The position numbers and the translations under genes were made by a program. Below the pieces are notes generated by a model. That model was not told the origin of the DNA. It made no database searches and was given only the letters and a program-made list of their open reading frames with translations. Shown one piece after another: positions 18,708 through 30,883 of a stretch of DNA of 64,000 nucleotides. Every line of letters starts with the position of its first letter. Positions within the stretch are counted from its first letter, which is position 1. Source of the DNA: Cyanidioschyzon merolae (taxonomy: Eukaryota); the NCBI GenBank assembly GCA_000091205.1, contig AP006486.2. One strand, written 5' to 3'.

Positions 18708-20774
18708 GTGTCAGACGACACCCATGTCACCATAAAACGGAACGGGTGCTCTAACTCGAGCGTACACTTTAAAGTCTGGGTCTTCTCTGGGGCTGCTTCT
18801 TTTCCGTGCGCTTATTTCCGGCTTTACCGAACAAGTACGACTTCGCCTCTGCTTCCAGCTTCCGGTGCTCCTCTGACGACTGTACTCCTCTGCGCCTCGA
18901 CTGTCGCATACCGGCTACGTTGCATCGATATGAAAATTGTCACTATACCTCGACCGTTGCATACCCCGTGGGCTCTACTTTCGCATCGCGCAAACGCTTG
19001 CGTCGGTGCTATCCCTGAACTCGGCCTGCGCGAAAGCGGCGTACGAGCGTGGTGGTCAGGGTATGAGCGCCCCGCGATTCCTCATCGTTATCTGCAGCAT
19101 CAGGCCTTTTGTGGGTATGTATGTATGTTCGTCGCCAGCGAAAGCTTCGTGAAAACTGGAACCTCGAGGAGTTCAAGCGCCTGCTCCAGAGGTTTCCAGC
19201 GCACAACGAGCAGGGCTCGTCGTTGTTTCGTGTTCTCTCTGGCTCGTGGCGCAGACAACGCTACGCCCGGGTACGCAAGCAGAACACCGCGGCTTCTAGA
19301 CTGCCAGCTCAGTCGACGCACGCTGCTGCAGCTTCTCGGCTGCGGGTTACTGGCGGTGAGCGCGTCCCCTGCAGCAAGCGCTCCGTACGAGAAATCAAAA
19401 GTCCAGGCACAAGCGGTGCTTGGAGAACCCCAAGGGAAGCAGAGTTGGGCAACGCGCCTCGCACCCTACTCGTCTGACACAATCTATCGGCTGGCAACGA
19501 GCGGTGAACACGCTTCAGTGCTTGCGGTTGATGAAGAAGCTTGTTTGGATGCGCTTGCGAGAAGCGCGGACCTGGTGCTCGTTGGAGACCATCCGCGCTC
19601 CCAAACGGACCACGCGATGGAAGCCCGAATCGTCGCTGCGTTGGCACTTCGCGTCGCACCCAACCAAGACTACAGCCAAGAGAGGAGCTCGCTCGCTGTC
19701 GCATCGGACGCTTTCGAACAAGCGCACCAGAGTCACTTGGACGATTTCATCCAAGGCCGTATTCAAGAGGAGGAGCTTTACGAGCGAACGAAATGGGATG
19801 AACGATGTATGTGGCCCTACGAGCGCTATCTGAACCTTCTTCGAACGTGTCGATCTCTGGGTGTCAACCTCGTGGCGCTCAGTATGCAGAATACGCATCG
19901 TAAGGCGCTTGAAAAGCAGGGACTGCGATACCTCCAGGAGAATCATGCCGTGCGACGTTTGTACTTCCCTGAACGCGAAGGCATCTGCGATGAGCTAGTG
20001 CAGTACGCATCATCGCCGGCATACAGACTCTTCGCTTCTCAAGTACTGGAGCCGTTCTTCATGACCATGCGTCGGTACGGATCCACGGATCCCGATGTTT
20101 CGTTCGCGAGCTTCTCCGAGGCCGCGCTTGTGCAGGACGCCGCGATGGCGGCAGTGCTACGTCGCTGGATGACCAAGCGTAAGCGCCATCCGAGAGCGAC
20201 AGCGTCCCGTTGCCGTCTGCTGGCCTGCTGTGAGTTGCCGCATGTCGCTTTCGGCCAGGGTATTCGCGGCATGCTGGAATGGTGGCAAAAACTCGACAAT
20301 GAGAAGCAACGCGCACAGCATGGCACAGCAGGCGCAACTGTGGATGCTGCGCGCCCCGCGACACTGCTTGGCGCTGATCCAACCGATTCCGTCATTCCAG
20401 AGGAAGGACCGACAGAGCCCATGTTATCCATTCAGACGCTTGTGCTGAATCCAACAGTGGTTGATGTCGGAAGCAGAACCGTGCCGGGTACGGAACGTCG
20501 TGATCTATTCTCTGGAAGGCGCATACGTCGCTTGCGTTTAGAGCTGCCCAGAAACATGATGGAGGAGAGTCCACTGCTGGTATCCCCAAAACGTGCGTTC
20601 AACGGAATCCTCGATGCTGAACCGAAGGAGCTCCACGCAAGCGCAGCGCAAACTAGCGCACCAAATGGAGATGCAAGTATAGGCTCGTCGGAAAGCCCCG
20701 TTTCCACTGCACCACTGGTAATCGGGGATTATCTCTGGATCAGTGCTTCGAAGAAAGGACGCATTCAGGTGTGA
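18708..20774 (+). CDS. hypothetical protein with twin-arginine-like leader (RRTLLQLLGCGLLAVSASPAASA); start uncertain
   Basis: Long ORF with host-like codon usage. An internal segment shows weak ChaN/Tiki-like resemblance (LVLVGDHPRSQTDHAMEARI). No firm domain assignment. Confidence 0.4.
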   Translation: MSDDTHVTIKRNGCSNSSVHFKVWVFSGAASFPCAYFRLYRTSTTSPLLPASGAPLTTVLLCASTVAYRLRCIDMKIVTIPRPLHTPWALLSHRANACVGAIPELGLRESGVRAWWSGYERPAIPHRYLQHQAFCGYVCMFVASESFVKTGTSRSSSACSRGFQRTTSRARRCFVFSLARGADNATPGYASRTPRLLDCQLSRRTLLQLLGCGLLAVSASPAASAPYEKSKVQAQAVLGEPQGKQSWATRLAPYSSDTIYRLATSGEHASVLAVDEEACLDALARSADLVLVGDHPRSQTDHAMEARIVAALALRVAPNQDYSQERSSLAVASDAFEQAHQSHLDDFIQGRIQEEELYERTKWDERCMWPYERYLNLLRTCRSLGVNLVALSMQNTHRKALEKQGLRYLQENHAVRRLYFPEREGICDELVQYASSPAYRLFASQVLEPFFMTMRRYGSTDPDVSFASFSEAALVQDAAMAAVLRRWMTKRKRHPRATASRCRLLACCELPHVAFGQGIRGMLEWWQKLDNEKQRAQHGTAGATVDAARPATLLGADPTDSVIPEEGPTEPMLSIQTLVLNPTVVDVGSRTVPGTERRDLFSGRRIRRLRLELPRNMMEESPLLVSPKRAFNGILDAEPKELHASAAQTSAPNGDASIGSSESPVSTAPLVIGDYLWISASKKGRIQV

Positions 20775-21305
20775 TCTGCGCCCGCCTCGAGTGCGGATAC
20801 AGGTCGGTGCATGCTCCAGCCGGTGGCGATTTCTGACGTTTCTGCTTGGGCTTCTCACGGAGAATGCGAACGCTTCGTCATGGAACCCAGGAGCCGACAA
20901 TGCGACCTCGAGAACCGTATGCATGCGACATCTCCAGAACGTACTTCCTCTGCAGTCTAAAGTTGTCGTCGCTTGGAACATGGTGCTGCTTGGACGCAAC
21001 TGGGATTTGCCGGCACATTTGCAAACAGTTTCCGACACGACTGCACAGCGTGTGCATTCTTCGCGGGTACGAACGCGTCCCATCCCATCAGTAACCAGGG
21101 TAGGGGCTTGTTAGCCGCGCTTCGTGCGCCGCTTCTGCAACGCAAAAGCAGTTTCTTGAGCCGCCTGGAGAATCGCCGCGAGTTGTCTCGCGTCTGGGGC
21201 AGGTTCGCATTCACGCCCTGCGCCTCGAGCCATACATACAGGCGCGGTCGTTCCGATGTAGCCTCGCCAGCCAGCTATGTGCTCGGTTGTCTCCAGAATG
21301 GAGCC

Positions 21306-22383
21306 CTATGAGCGGCCAGCATCCGTCACTCGATGAGACGCCGACGCCGCTAACGGGCGAGTAAAGTACGTGAGCAGAGCCCGCAGGCCCTGCCGCTCCA
21401 CCACCGCTGGAACGTGGGCAAAGGCTGGGTTTCCCCTCCAGTTGAGGTTTCCCAGATGGAGATACGCTGTCTGGAACGCTTCTGGCAACGGCAGCTGCAG
21501 ATCGTTCTCGTAAACCTGCAATGAGCGCAAGTCGCTGCACATCGCAAGTTCGGAAGGAAGCGTTCTTAACTGGTTACGACCCAAGTTCAGCGTAAGCAGT
21601 GCTGTGCAACACCCGGTAGCGGGCGGCATTGTTTTCAAGGCGTTTCCGTGCACATCAAGATGCATCAACGAGGCACCGCTTCCGTTCTCCGGGTCGAATA
21701 GTGAGGGCGGCAGCAATTTAAGTTGATTGCCACCCAAATATAGAGTCTCGAGCTTTTTCAGCGATAAGAACACATCGTCTGGGAGCTGCTCCAGGACACC
21801 ACCGTAGCTGAGGTCAAGTTCGACGAGCTCCACCGGAAGCGCCCCCCGTGGGCACTGCGACCAGTGGCGCGCACCCTAACCATAGTCGCTCCAGGTGCGG
21901 TAGGCTCCGTCTGAGAACATCAGGGATTTTGCGCACATTGGTCATGAATAGGTTCAGGAAGCGTACTCGGTGAGCAACGCCGAGCTGCACGAGCTCCTGC
22001 AGGACGCCGGTGAGCTCCAGCTCCGTCAGCGGGCTCTGTGACAAGTCCAGCGCACCATCAAACGAAGACTCCGAGCAGCGAGCAACTCGTTCGCTGATCC
22101 AACGAGACGATGAAGCAGTTGCATTGGGAGTGCGGTCACAGACCTCTAGCATGGCTTGCAGGATGCATACTCTGCCTTCGCGGCAGCATCTGAAACAGAA
22201 GCGCAAACCGAGAATCGGCGTGCAGACGACACCAGGCGACGACCTCCTGGCGTCCATGATGAAAATAAAAAGCCATTTAGGCCAAGGTTCCACCTGATCC
22301 CCGCGTGGCACTGGTGTCGGACACTTTGGTGGACAGCGCTCGACATCCGGTGTCGCACTGTGGCAACCTGGGTGGATCTGCAC
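21306..22383 (-). CDS. leucine-rich-repeat protein (two overlapping ORF pieces, possible frameshift or short intron near 21820)
   Basis: LxxLxLxxNxL repeats seen directly: LETLYLGGNQLKLLP, LMHLDVHGNALKTMP, LLTLNLGRNQLRTLP, LRSLQVYENDLQ. The upstream piece 21814..22383 continues LRR-like sequence. Confidence 0.55.
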
Positions 22384-22467
22384 CTAGAGTGGACAAGGAG
22401 CTGCAATAGCGACGTAAGCAAACGGGTACGTAGTCGCCAACGTTCCTAAGAATCGACTCCATTCGAG

Positions 22468-22488
22468 CAGCAGCAGCAGCAGCAGCAA
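22468..22488. repeat. (CAG)n microsatellite
   Basis: cagcagcagcagcagcagcag seen directly. Confidence 0.8.
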
Positions 22489-22797
22489 CGGCAGTACCGC
22501 GTCGTCTAAGTTGAGCGGATGTCACCGATACTCCTCGTCTATGGTTGCATGCATGCGGAGCGACGCGGTGCTCTAGACAAGCAAACGTGAAACCCTTTCC
22601 TGGGAGCGTTCATCGATGTCGCGGGGGCGTATATCGCTGCAACGCTCAGCGCTCGTGCTCGTCGCGTGCATCCGTTGGGACGGTTCTTGTCTCGCTTTGA
22701 AGTTACGAAGATCATGCCTCGAACAGGGCAAATTCGCTGTAGAGACCAGGCTGTTGCGAGTTTCCAGCGGAACACACACAAAGCAAACCACGATGCG

Positions 22798-23769
22798 TTA
22801 TCGATCCCAGCGAGTTCGTCGTCGTCGATGATTCGTAAAGGTACTGGTGGTCTGTGTGGGCGAAGCAGACGCATCGACCGCGTTGCAACCATTCTGGAAA
22901 GTTTCGTTCGAGGGGATGCTCTCCATTTCCAACGAGCGTGTAGATTTCAGGGACCCCTGCGACTCCAAGGCCGGCTGTGATCGTTTCTGACTCCCCATAC
23001 CGTGTTTGCCTTCGGTCGGCTGCAGATGTTCTCGGGTACACCCGTCGCTTGAGCGCAGTGCGTTGCGCTGCTTGGATAGGTCTCCAGTTGCTCGCGCTAG
23101 TGCAGTAGCGAACTCGGTGAAGGCTGGCGCAGCAAACGTGCTCCCGTATCCGTATGCTGGAATACCACCGGTGGCATCGACGGTACTCCCTGTCCACATT
23201 CGCCTTGCACTTGGACCAAAACGGCCATTTTTCACTGGCGGAACGCGCAAATGCTTAACGCTGGTCTGTAACTGCGAGCTGTCAAGTAGCGCTGGTGCGG
23301 CAGACACCGGAACCATACTGCAGTTCGTTGTACGAACAAGCGACACTTGTTGGTACTCCGGCTCAGCGTCAGTGTCAGACGCTGCGGCAGCTTTCCCGCC
23401 AGCACCAGCGCTCTCGCTGTCGTCATGGATAGGCACGCTGTCAAAGAGGTCCTGGGAGCCTTTGTTGTTACCTGCCGAGTTCTTACGTCGTCGCTGTCGT
23501 CTCGGCGGTCGAAACGGGTCCAAGCTCCGAAGGTCTCGTTGTGAGTGGGCGCTTGCGTCCGACGTGGCAAGTTCGTGTACCTCTTCCCGAAGACTGCGCT
23601 GAAGCTCGTATGGGAATGGGCGAACTTGCTCGTGCTTGGAAGTCGTGGTAACAGCCCGGCGCTTTCGAGCGAGCACTTCCGCAAGTGCTACCCGCGTGCG
23701 TTCACTTGTCTCACGCTCGAGCTCCTCTCTGGTCAGCGTTGGCCGTACCGGAAAGCTCCCAGAGCACAT
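22798..23769 (-). CDS. hypothetical Ser/Ala/Arg-rich protein
   Basis: 323-aa ORF, low complexity, no recognisable domain. Retained only because of length and host-like codon bias. Confidence 0.25.
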   Translation of the reverse strand: MCSGSFPVRPTLTREELERETSERTRVALAEVLARKRRAVTTTSKHEQVRPFPYELQRSLREEVHELATSDASAHSQRDLRSLDPFRPPRRQRRRKNSAGNNKGSQDLFDSVPIHDDSESAGAGGKAAAASDTDAEPEYQQVSLVRTTNCSMVPVSAAPALLDSSQLQTSVKHLRVPPVKNGRFGPSARRMWTGSTVDATGGIPAYGYGSTFAAPAFTEFATALARATGDLSKQRNALRSSDGCTREHLQPTEGKHGMGSQKRSQPALESQGSLKSTRSLEMESIPSNETFQNGCNAVDASASPTQTTSTFTNHRRRRTRWDR

Positions 23770-25817
23770 AATGAATAGTAGCGCCTACTCCTAAACATTA
23801 ATAAACGTAAAACAGAACACCGACTGTTCCAGTGGTCAACAGCGAGGCATCCCGTTGGGTTGCGTATGGCCGGTTTCGGAAGAGTGCTAGCAAGAACGCC
23901 TTGAAAGAATGGAATGATATACCCATATGAGAACAAACCTAACTAAATCCGTACAATGGCGTGTCCATTGAAATCCGGGGCGCTTCCGACGATCACCAGC
24001 ACCAGCCTTGTGGGATTTTTCTGCGACTGCTTTCTTTACTCCTTCTCTCTTTGGCTTTACATATGCCGATCATCCCTTTTTCTCCAGCTTCGTTGTCAAC
24101 AGTCGAAGGATGTTGGCAGCGCCTCTCATGTCTGGACCTCGATGCTTCTGGCTGTTCTTGACGCATTTCATGCACGAGCGGAAGTTGCGATCTCTGTTTC
24201 ACTTGCTATTGTCATCTTCTTCGTAGACATTCAGGGTGCGCGGTTCACCACAGGACCAGTTCGGTATGATCAGGTCTTCTCATACAACCACTAAACCTCC
24301 TCCTATGAGAGCCGCTCTGTGCCGCGTGAGCACTTGCTTCCTTGATCAGCAGATGCCCTCGACGGGTTCAGAGCGCTCGTCTTGATTTCCTCGCATCCGA
24401 TTCCGCCCGCCGTTGCCGTATCCTGCAACCAATGGCCTCTTCTGGCTGGTCCCGTCGGCGAGTACGCTGTATGAAGCACACGCGCTCGCACACTGTTTCA
24501 TTCGACAGAGGATTTGCGGAAAGCGAAGTTCCCAATGACGGAACAAGTCCCGGAAGTCGAGTTAGGGCTGGAGAACGAGTCGAGAAATTTCGATCCGTAT
24601 TCGCTCCCTTTCTACAAAGCGATGCGCACGCTCCACTGGGAGCGACCCTTGCACGACTCAAGTCCGTGTCCAAGACCCATTTGCATGGAAGCAGATGAGA
24701 CAGAGGCTTCATGGGGTGTATCCCATTCGATTTGTCCTACTGCTTTGGAATGCAATTTCGTCGATGGCCGTAAAGAGCAGAGGATTTTTCTTTGGAACGA
24801 AATCTATTATTTGACGTGAAGAGTGCTTTCAACGTTCGGCATGCGCTTGCGAACAAGCCATCTGGAATCGACGTCAGGTTTGCTCCTCGTCGACACAGCA
24901 GCGAGAATTGCAGCACCCACGAGTTGTCTTGAAACAGAAGATTCGAAGACTTGAGGCATGCGTGAATCCCGCATGCTACACGTGCTGACAGCAGAAGCGT
25001 TGCTGCGTGAACCCATGAATTGGATATGGATATTGGATCTTTCACAAATCGTTTTTCGGTTGCGTCGCGAATCACCTCGATGACGGTGACGGAACGAATT
25101 GCAGTGGCAAAGCGTCGAAGAATGCGCTTCGAAACGACAACCGAGAACCTTAACACTACGCAAGGATCAATAAGCCCTGATCGCTGCACTTGGAATGTCG
25201 AGGTTGAACATCGAAACAAAAGTTCGGAGAAAAATCAAAAGGCAAGAACAGAGCAAGCATATCAGGCTTTCTTTTCAATCATGCATCAGTGGAGTCTGGG
25301 TACAACGCAGTCTCCTGCGCTAAAACGCTACCTGGTGAGTCACCCGCGAGTCTCGTGCAAAGCTCTGGTGCGCAGTATCGTGTGCAAAGAGGGTGTTCGG
25401 TAGCTCTTAGCGTGCGTACGGCATCGAGCGTGGGAAGAGCTGCCAGTGCTTCAAAAAATGGATATACAGCTGCACCCGTAACGCGCATTCGGTTCCGTTT
25501 ACCGTACTGGACGGAAAGCGTTCGTAAGCGGTTGCTGCGGGCCGGTCAGAGATGCCTCCCGAGGTGCCTCTGCCCATATCATGTTGCTGCGTTCGAGCAG
25601 AGCAGGTTTCGGGCCTCGACACCGCATCGTTCCAATGTTGGGCAGTGCGAAAGGCATGCTGTTGTACGCAATCTGGATTTGCTTGCTCACTGATGATGCT
25701 GGTTAGCTTCGCTGACGCTGCGTCCCTACACGTAAACGTTCTCCATTCGATGGGAGCAAGTTCCCAGACTGCAGCCACCAGGGATCGACCGAGTATTATG
25801 CCAACGGCAGTATATGC

Positions 25818-26354
25818 TCAAGAGAGTGGCACTGCCCGCAAGCCAGTTGCACCGTCCACAACCTGTTCATGGATGAGATCCGTGAGCACGGCTCCGAGCC
25901 ACCAGCCGAACGCGCCGAGGGCCAGACTGCCGAAAAGGAGCTGGCTAAGGAGGAGGGCGTCTCGGTTCCCGGAACCCGTGTGCAACGGGGCAGTCGCCTG
26001 TTTCCTCAGAGACTGCGTACACTGCTCATACTCGAGTCGTGCGAGGAACGCTCGGAACCTTTGCCGCGCTTCATCGTCAGCGCTTGACGAAGTGTCATCC
26101 TGCGGCAACTGCCAGCGCACGAGCGTGCTCTGAACGAGTTCACGCACCGCATCCTGGGTGTATCCCGAACCGAGCGCGACGTCCAGCAGCTCTCTGTGCG
26201 ATATCCAGCACTTCTCGAAGGTCGCTGTGTCGTCAAGCACTGAACCAGGCCCGGAAATGACGTCGCGCTGGCTGCGCCCCTGAGTCGCTGCTCTCAGAAA
26301 GGCGCGAACTTTGGGGTCTGTGGCGTCGAGCCACGGCATAGAGCCGACCAGCAA
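25818..26354 (-). CDS. hypothetical protein with C-terminal transmembrane anchor
   Basis: 178-aa ORF divergent from the guanylate kinase gene. C-terminal LLFGSLALGAFGWWLGAVLTDLI is hydrophobic (tail-anchor-like). Confidence 0.3.
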   Translation of the reverse strand: MLVGSMPWLDATDPKVRAFLRAATQGRSQRDVISGPGSVLDDTATFEKCWISHRELLDVALGSGYTQDAVRELVQSTLVRWQLPQDDTSSSADDEARQRFRAFLARLEYEQCTQSLRKQATAPLHTGSGNRDALLLSQLLFGSLALGAFGWWLGAVLTDLIHEQVVDGATGLRAVPLS

Positions 26355-26706
26355 ACCTCTCCACGAACTGACGACGATTCGCTGCTCGTGTACTCCTGGC
26401 TCGCGCAGCCGGTGTCCGTGTCACGCTTCACAGGGCAGAAACAACGCAGTGTTCGTGTCCTACGGAACGGTAACGGTCAAGTCTGACGTCGCGTACGACA
26501 GCAGGCAGCGCGCAAGCTTGTGTGCTGAAGCAACACCACCGCTTAACGCACACTAGTTCGACTCGAGTGACACGCTCGAGTACGTCTCTTTGTTGTGTGT
26601 GCGTACGCATCGAGGTTTCGTGAACGTTTATAGTGCATGTTTGCAGCACCGACACTCACGGCACCCGCTCGACCGTAGCATCTAGCCAACTCGCTACGTT
26701 GCACCA

Positions 26707-27453
26707 GTGTCGTGCGTCACGGAACGCCACGTTGCGGAGCGCACCTGGACCCTAACGACGACTGTTGCCTGCTCATCACCGTTGCTTTATTGGAAGCACA
26801 CCAATAGTTTTATGGGTGCAGCGGCAGCAGCGCCTCGTTGCCTTGTGCTTGCCGGCCCTTCGGGTGTCGGCAAGGGAACCGTGCTTGCGCGTCTCAGTCA
26901 AGTGCTCCCGGACGTCTTCGGCTTCTCCGTATCGCATACGACGCGGGCACCGCGTCCTGGTGAGTGCGACGGGCGCGAATATCACTTTGTCACGGAGGAG
27001 GAGTTTCAGCGAGCCCGCGCTGAAGGCCGCTTCCTCGAAACTGCATCCGTGCATGGTCAGTGGTACGGAACGAGCTGGGAGGCCATTGAACGTGTACGTC
27101 GCACTGGACGAATCTGCGTACTGGACATTGATGTGCAGGGCGTGCGCAGCATCCGAGCTGCAAAGCTTCCAGCGCTCGTCGTTTTCTTGCGACCGCCGAG
27201 CATGGCGGAGCTGGAGCGACGTCTCCGTGGTCGCGGGACGGAGGACGAGGCCAAAATCCAACGCCGCCTCGAGACTGCTGCCGAAGAGCTGCGGATAGCA
27301 CATGAAGAACCCTCGCTCTTCGATGCTATTATCGAGAACCAGGATCTCGAAGAGACCTGCGCACAGCTACGAAAACTGCTTGACGAGGACGTGCAGGCGC
27401 TTCGCGGTGTGCGCGAGGCTGGAGCAGCATCCGCTGCACAGCGAACGAGTTGA
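26707..27453 (+). CDS. GUK1: guanylate kinase (probable start at M ~26812)
   Basis: P-loop LVLAGPSGVGKGT, SVSHTTRAPRPGExDGREYHFV, and the LDIDVQG / LRGRGTEDE lid region match guanylate kinase throughout. Confidence 0.85.
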   Translation: MSCVTERHVAERTWTLTTTVACSSPLLYWKHTNSFMGAAAAAPRCLVLAGPSGVGKGTVLARLSQVLPDVFGFSVSHTTRAPRPGECDGREYHFVTEEEFQRARAEGRFLETASVHGQWYGTSWEAIERVRRTGRICVLDIDVQGVRSIRAAKLPALVVFLRPPSMAELERRLRGRGTEDEAKIQRRLETAAEELRIAHEEPSLFDAIIENQDLEETCAQLRKLLDEDVQALRGVREAGAASAAQRTS

Positions 27454-28577
27454 AAGCATTAGTGTGTGCTATGCAGCTGGATCAGGTTTGAGCACTGAAC
27501 TGGAATCTGGAAAGGCACCGTTGGAGCTGGTGTTGGATCATGAGTTCGCGTGGATGGAGCGGTAAGCGCAGACGCGTCCGGCGGTACGACAATGGGCCTT
27601 TGCACCTCATTTTCTGGATGCGAGCAGGGATCCCCTGGACTGTCGATCGTGCAGTGGCATCAGAGAGCCTGCTGAGGCACTTGCTCTGGTCGCTTTGCTT
27701 TCATTTGTGCGCGCCAGGCCTATGCTATAGAGCTGGATGCACACGAACTCGTGCGTCATCGCGCAGGCTGATGACCTGAATCGACAGCGTGCTTATCGCT
27801 TCGCCTATCATCGCGGGAGCGCATGGAATGCCTCTGGTTCAGTGCTCGATGGACCATACGGAGGCGTTGCGCTCGCCACGAGTGATTGCTCGCTTTCCTG
27901 TTATGGTGGCAACAGGATACCATGCTCTCAAACGACTGCATTAAGTAAGGGTGCTTTTTGGTATACGTGGTGTGATCCGGGAGCTGCAGGGCGCTGCGAA
28001 CGCATGAGCGACAAGCGTTTGTGCTTTTTCATATAGGATAAGGACGTACCGCTCGAATGGAGATTGCCCGAATACATCGACAATCTGATACTGACAGTAC
28101 TTGTATTCGTCAAAGTCATTTATCTAACGAACGACCTGGCGTTTTGAATAGAGCTTGACGGAATGCATAAACGAGCTGACACCTTTGGCATTCCGTCTAT
28201 TCGACTTCCCTTTACGACGAATAACAACGCATCCTTCAAAAAGGGATTCCTCGAATGCGTAGACGAACTGATACCGTCCACCACTGCCAGATCCAATCTA
28301 ACGCATACGAACCTACACCACGACGCGGAAACGCTGATTTACGCTACAGAAAATGGCGGCCACACCTGCACCTTAACGCTGCACCAAACCAAGTCGCTTG
28401 GACAAACCCTATACCATAAGCGGATGAGGACGAGGCACCAGGCACTGACGGAATCAGAAGCTTCCGCATCCCCGAGCGCAGCGATACCCAGACTGGTCTG
28501 TTCACGGGCTCGCAAACAACACAGCCTGCTACTCGGACGTTACCCCATCGCTGGGCAACCCGCAGCACACCTGGCGT

Positions 28578-30002
28578 TCAGCGAATCGTGCCTCCTTGAA
28601 TGGTGGCGGCTCGACACGGTCCTTTATCCGTCGTAAACGGAATGTCACCGTAACGAGCCTCACAGGACGGATCCGTGCTCGTGCGGAAATGTTCCGCAAC
28701 TTTCTCGAATATTTTCTTTTTCGGATTCAGCTGCGCATCCGGCTGGTTATCGCGGTCTGCATCTGTACCGGGAAAGTAGACGCGGTCTCCGGGCTTGGCT
28801 CCAGGAGGCGGCTTGACGAGTTCCACTTGTGTCCCGTCGGCTGAGGTGGCGCAGAGCACCATCGCCTCGGAAACAATACCGCGCATTTTCACGGGTTTGA
28901 GGTTTGCCACCACGATACACGGCCCGAGTAGCTCTGCTGCATCGGGGATGTACTTGCGGAGGCCACTGCACACCGTAACGGGACCGCTGTCTCGACCAAT
29001 ATCGATTTCCTCGACATAGAGTGCGTCGGCATCGGGGTGCGGCTTTGCAGTGAGAATCTCCCCGACCCGAATATCGACGCGAGCAAGGTCGCTTCGGCCA
29101 TCCCCCGAAGCGTCTTTTGGCGTTTCAACTCGCGTCGTCTTTGCCGTTTTCGACGAGGCGACTGCACTTCCGGGCGCGGGCGCAGCTTCAACACCCGCCC
29201 TCGTCTCCTGGTCTTCCTGCTGCCCTGACTGAGACTCTGTTCCAGACCTTGCAGCTGTAGACGATAGTCCCGCGACACCAAACATCGGTGCTTGAGCTGT
29301 GGTTGATCGAAACCACGCTTTCGGAGGCAGCGGCACGAGTTCAACCCGGTCTGCGTGGCCGTACCGATGCAGGAGGTTTTGCATGAGGTCAAACCAGCGC
29401 CATACCTGTACGAGGTTGCTCCTCTGCGCAGCGTCAAGACCATCTTTTACCCAAGTTTCAAAAACTGGTGCAGTTGCTCGAGCTGCTGCCACGTCTAGAG
29501 CAGTCACCACCGGACCGCAGAGGAAAGTCTTTTCGCCCCGCGCAAGAACGTCTGGAAGCACCTTTCCAGCAAAAGTTTCCAACGACTCTCGCTGTAGCCG
29601 TTCCAGCATTCTCTCTATAAACTTCGTCCGCTCTGATTGCAGGGATCCTCCTCCCAGAAGTTCAGAGTGTGTGGGCAGCGCTTGCCGGCACGCTGTGACG
29701 AGTTCCGAAACGCTCTCGAACCGGTTCCGTGCAGTTGCTGCACGGCAAAGTGCGACCCACTCGGGGCAGAGGTTCGGGGACACTATCGTCATTACAGGCC
29801 AGCCTACGCTTTCTTTAATTCTTCGCCCAAAACCTGTCCCCAAACCCGAGAGGAACAGATCCCTCTCGATCAAGAAGAATTTTCGTGCGCTCATAGAGCT
29901 CTTCGCAGTGCATGCGTCGACGAGAGCCTGCGGGCATTTTCGCCAGCGAGTGGCGGGTCTTCTTTCAGGTTTTGTCTGTGCGCCGTCGCCGAGTTCAGAC
30001 AA
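28578..30002 (-). CDS. Arc1p/AIMP1-like aminoacyl-tRNA-synthetase cofactor: GST-C-like N-terminus plus EMAP-II/Myf tRNA-binding domain
   Basis: C-terminal DIRVGEILTAKPHPDADALYVEEIDIGRDSGPVTVCSGLRKYIPDAAELLGPCIVVANLKPVKMRGIVSEAMVLCAT...VELVKPPPGAKPGDRVYF is a canonical EMAP-II-type OB-fold tRNA-binding domain. The central K/T/S-rich linker is typical of Arc1p/AIMP1. Confidence 0.75.
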   Translation of the reverse strand: MSELGDGAQTKPERRPATRWRKCPQALVDACTAKSSMSARKFFLIERDLFLSGLGTGFGRRIKESVGWPVMTIVSPNLCPEWVALCRAATARNRFESVSELVTACRQALPTHSELLGGGSLQSERTKFIERMLERLQRESLETFAGKVLPDVLARGEKTFLCGPVVTALDVAAARATAPVFETWVKDGLDAAQRSNLVQVWRWFDLMQNLLHRYGHADRVELVPLPPKAWFRSTTAQAPMFGVAGLSSTAARSGTESQSGQQEDQETRAGVEAAPAPGSAVASSKTAKTTRVETPKDASGDGRSDLARVDIRVGEILTAKPHPDADALYVEEIDIGRDSGPVTVCSGLRKYIPDAAELLGPCIVVANLKPVKMRGIVSEAMVLCATSADGTQVELVKPPPGAKPGDRVYFPGTDADRDNQPDAQLNPKKKIFEKVAEHFRTSTDPSCEARYGDIPFTTDKGPCRAATIQGGTIR

Positions 30003-30883
30003 GCGTCAGACTCAAGTGGAACATAGGAATGCTTGCTTCGTTCGTCGTTCTCGACATCGACGAGCTTGGTTCAGATGTGCAGCATAGACATTCGAAATGC
30101 ACGGATAAGGGCTCACGGAAGCATGCGTCGTGTTGAGATTCGCCGACATCGTTTCTGAGTGGCTTCTTCGACGGTTTACCGCTGGAATTCGTTGCGTCTC
30201 CGAAACGAGGATGGCTCGCGACACCCTCGATGCAGGGCTCTTAAAGCGACCAATACGATCATCGGATTCGTTCGTACGCGGATCTATTCTTCCCCTTTTC
30301 TCAAGTGTGGCAAGCTGAAATCACGCCTTCCTCATGTTTTCGATCTTTTTGTGTTTCAAGGAAACAGGTGAACAAGGCAACTTGAACCAATGTATTGACT
30401 AGGAGCGTACTCGAACTCGTCCTTCGACGACTTGCCCACAAACTTATGCCGCATGCTCTCTGAAATCGTCAAGCGAAATCATTGACCCTGTACTTATGCA
30501 ATATCCTAGTCTCTTGGTGGCTATCGGCGATACAACATTCTACTCCAGCATGATATTTGTCACAGGGTACGCTCCCAGAGGTTCTAGTCTCTAGTGTTTG
30601 CAGGGAAGATGTTCTTGGACTCGAAGTCGAGTTCTCGCAGCAATCGCCTTCATTCGGGAGAGCGTCAGCGCTTCGCATGAACGCATCCTGGCCGGATCTA
30701 GGTTTCTTGACGTGATCTCAGGCCTGGATTTTTCCGTTCAACAGTTGTTACATCGCGGACAACATCGCGTTCCACAAATCCGGTTCTATTCGGAAACAGC
30801 TGCGAACAGAGCACGGTTCATCGTACAGACGCCATCTTATTCTCTGTGATTCAACCCGAGTTAGATCGTCACCAGGGTCTCGA

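Noticed and set aside
22440-22500. Trinucleotide runs (CAG/CTG/GCA)n at 22468, 41379 and 58768, and (CA)n at 818 and 10313, considered as possible CRISPR-like or regulatory arrays
   Set aside because: They are simple microsatellites without spacer structure. No CRISPR repeats or spacers are present anywhere in the window.
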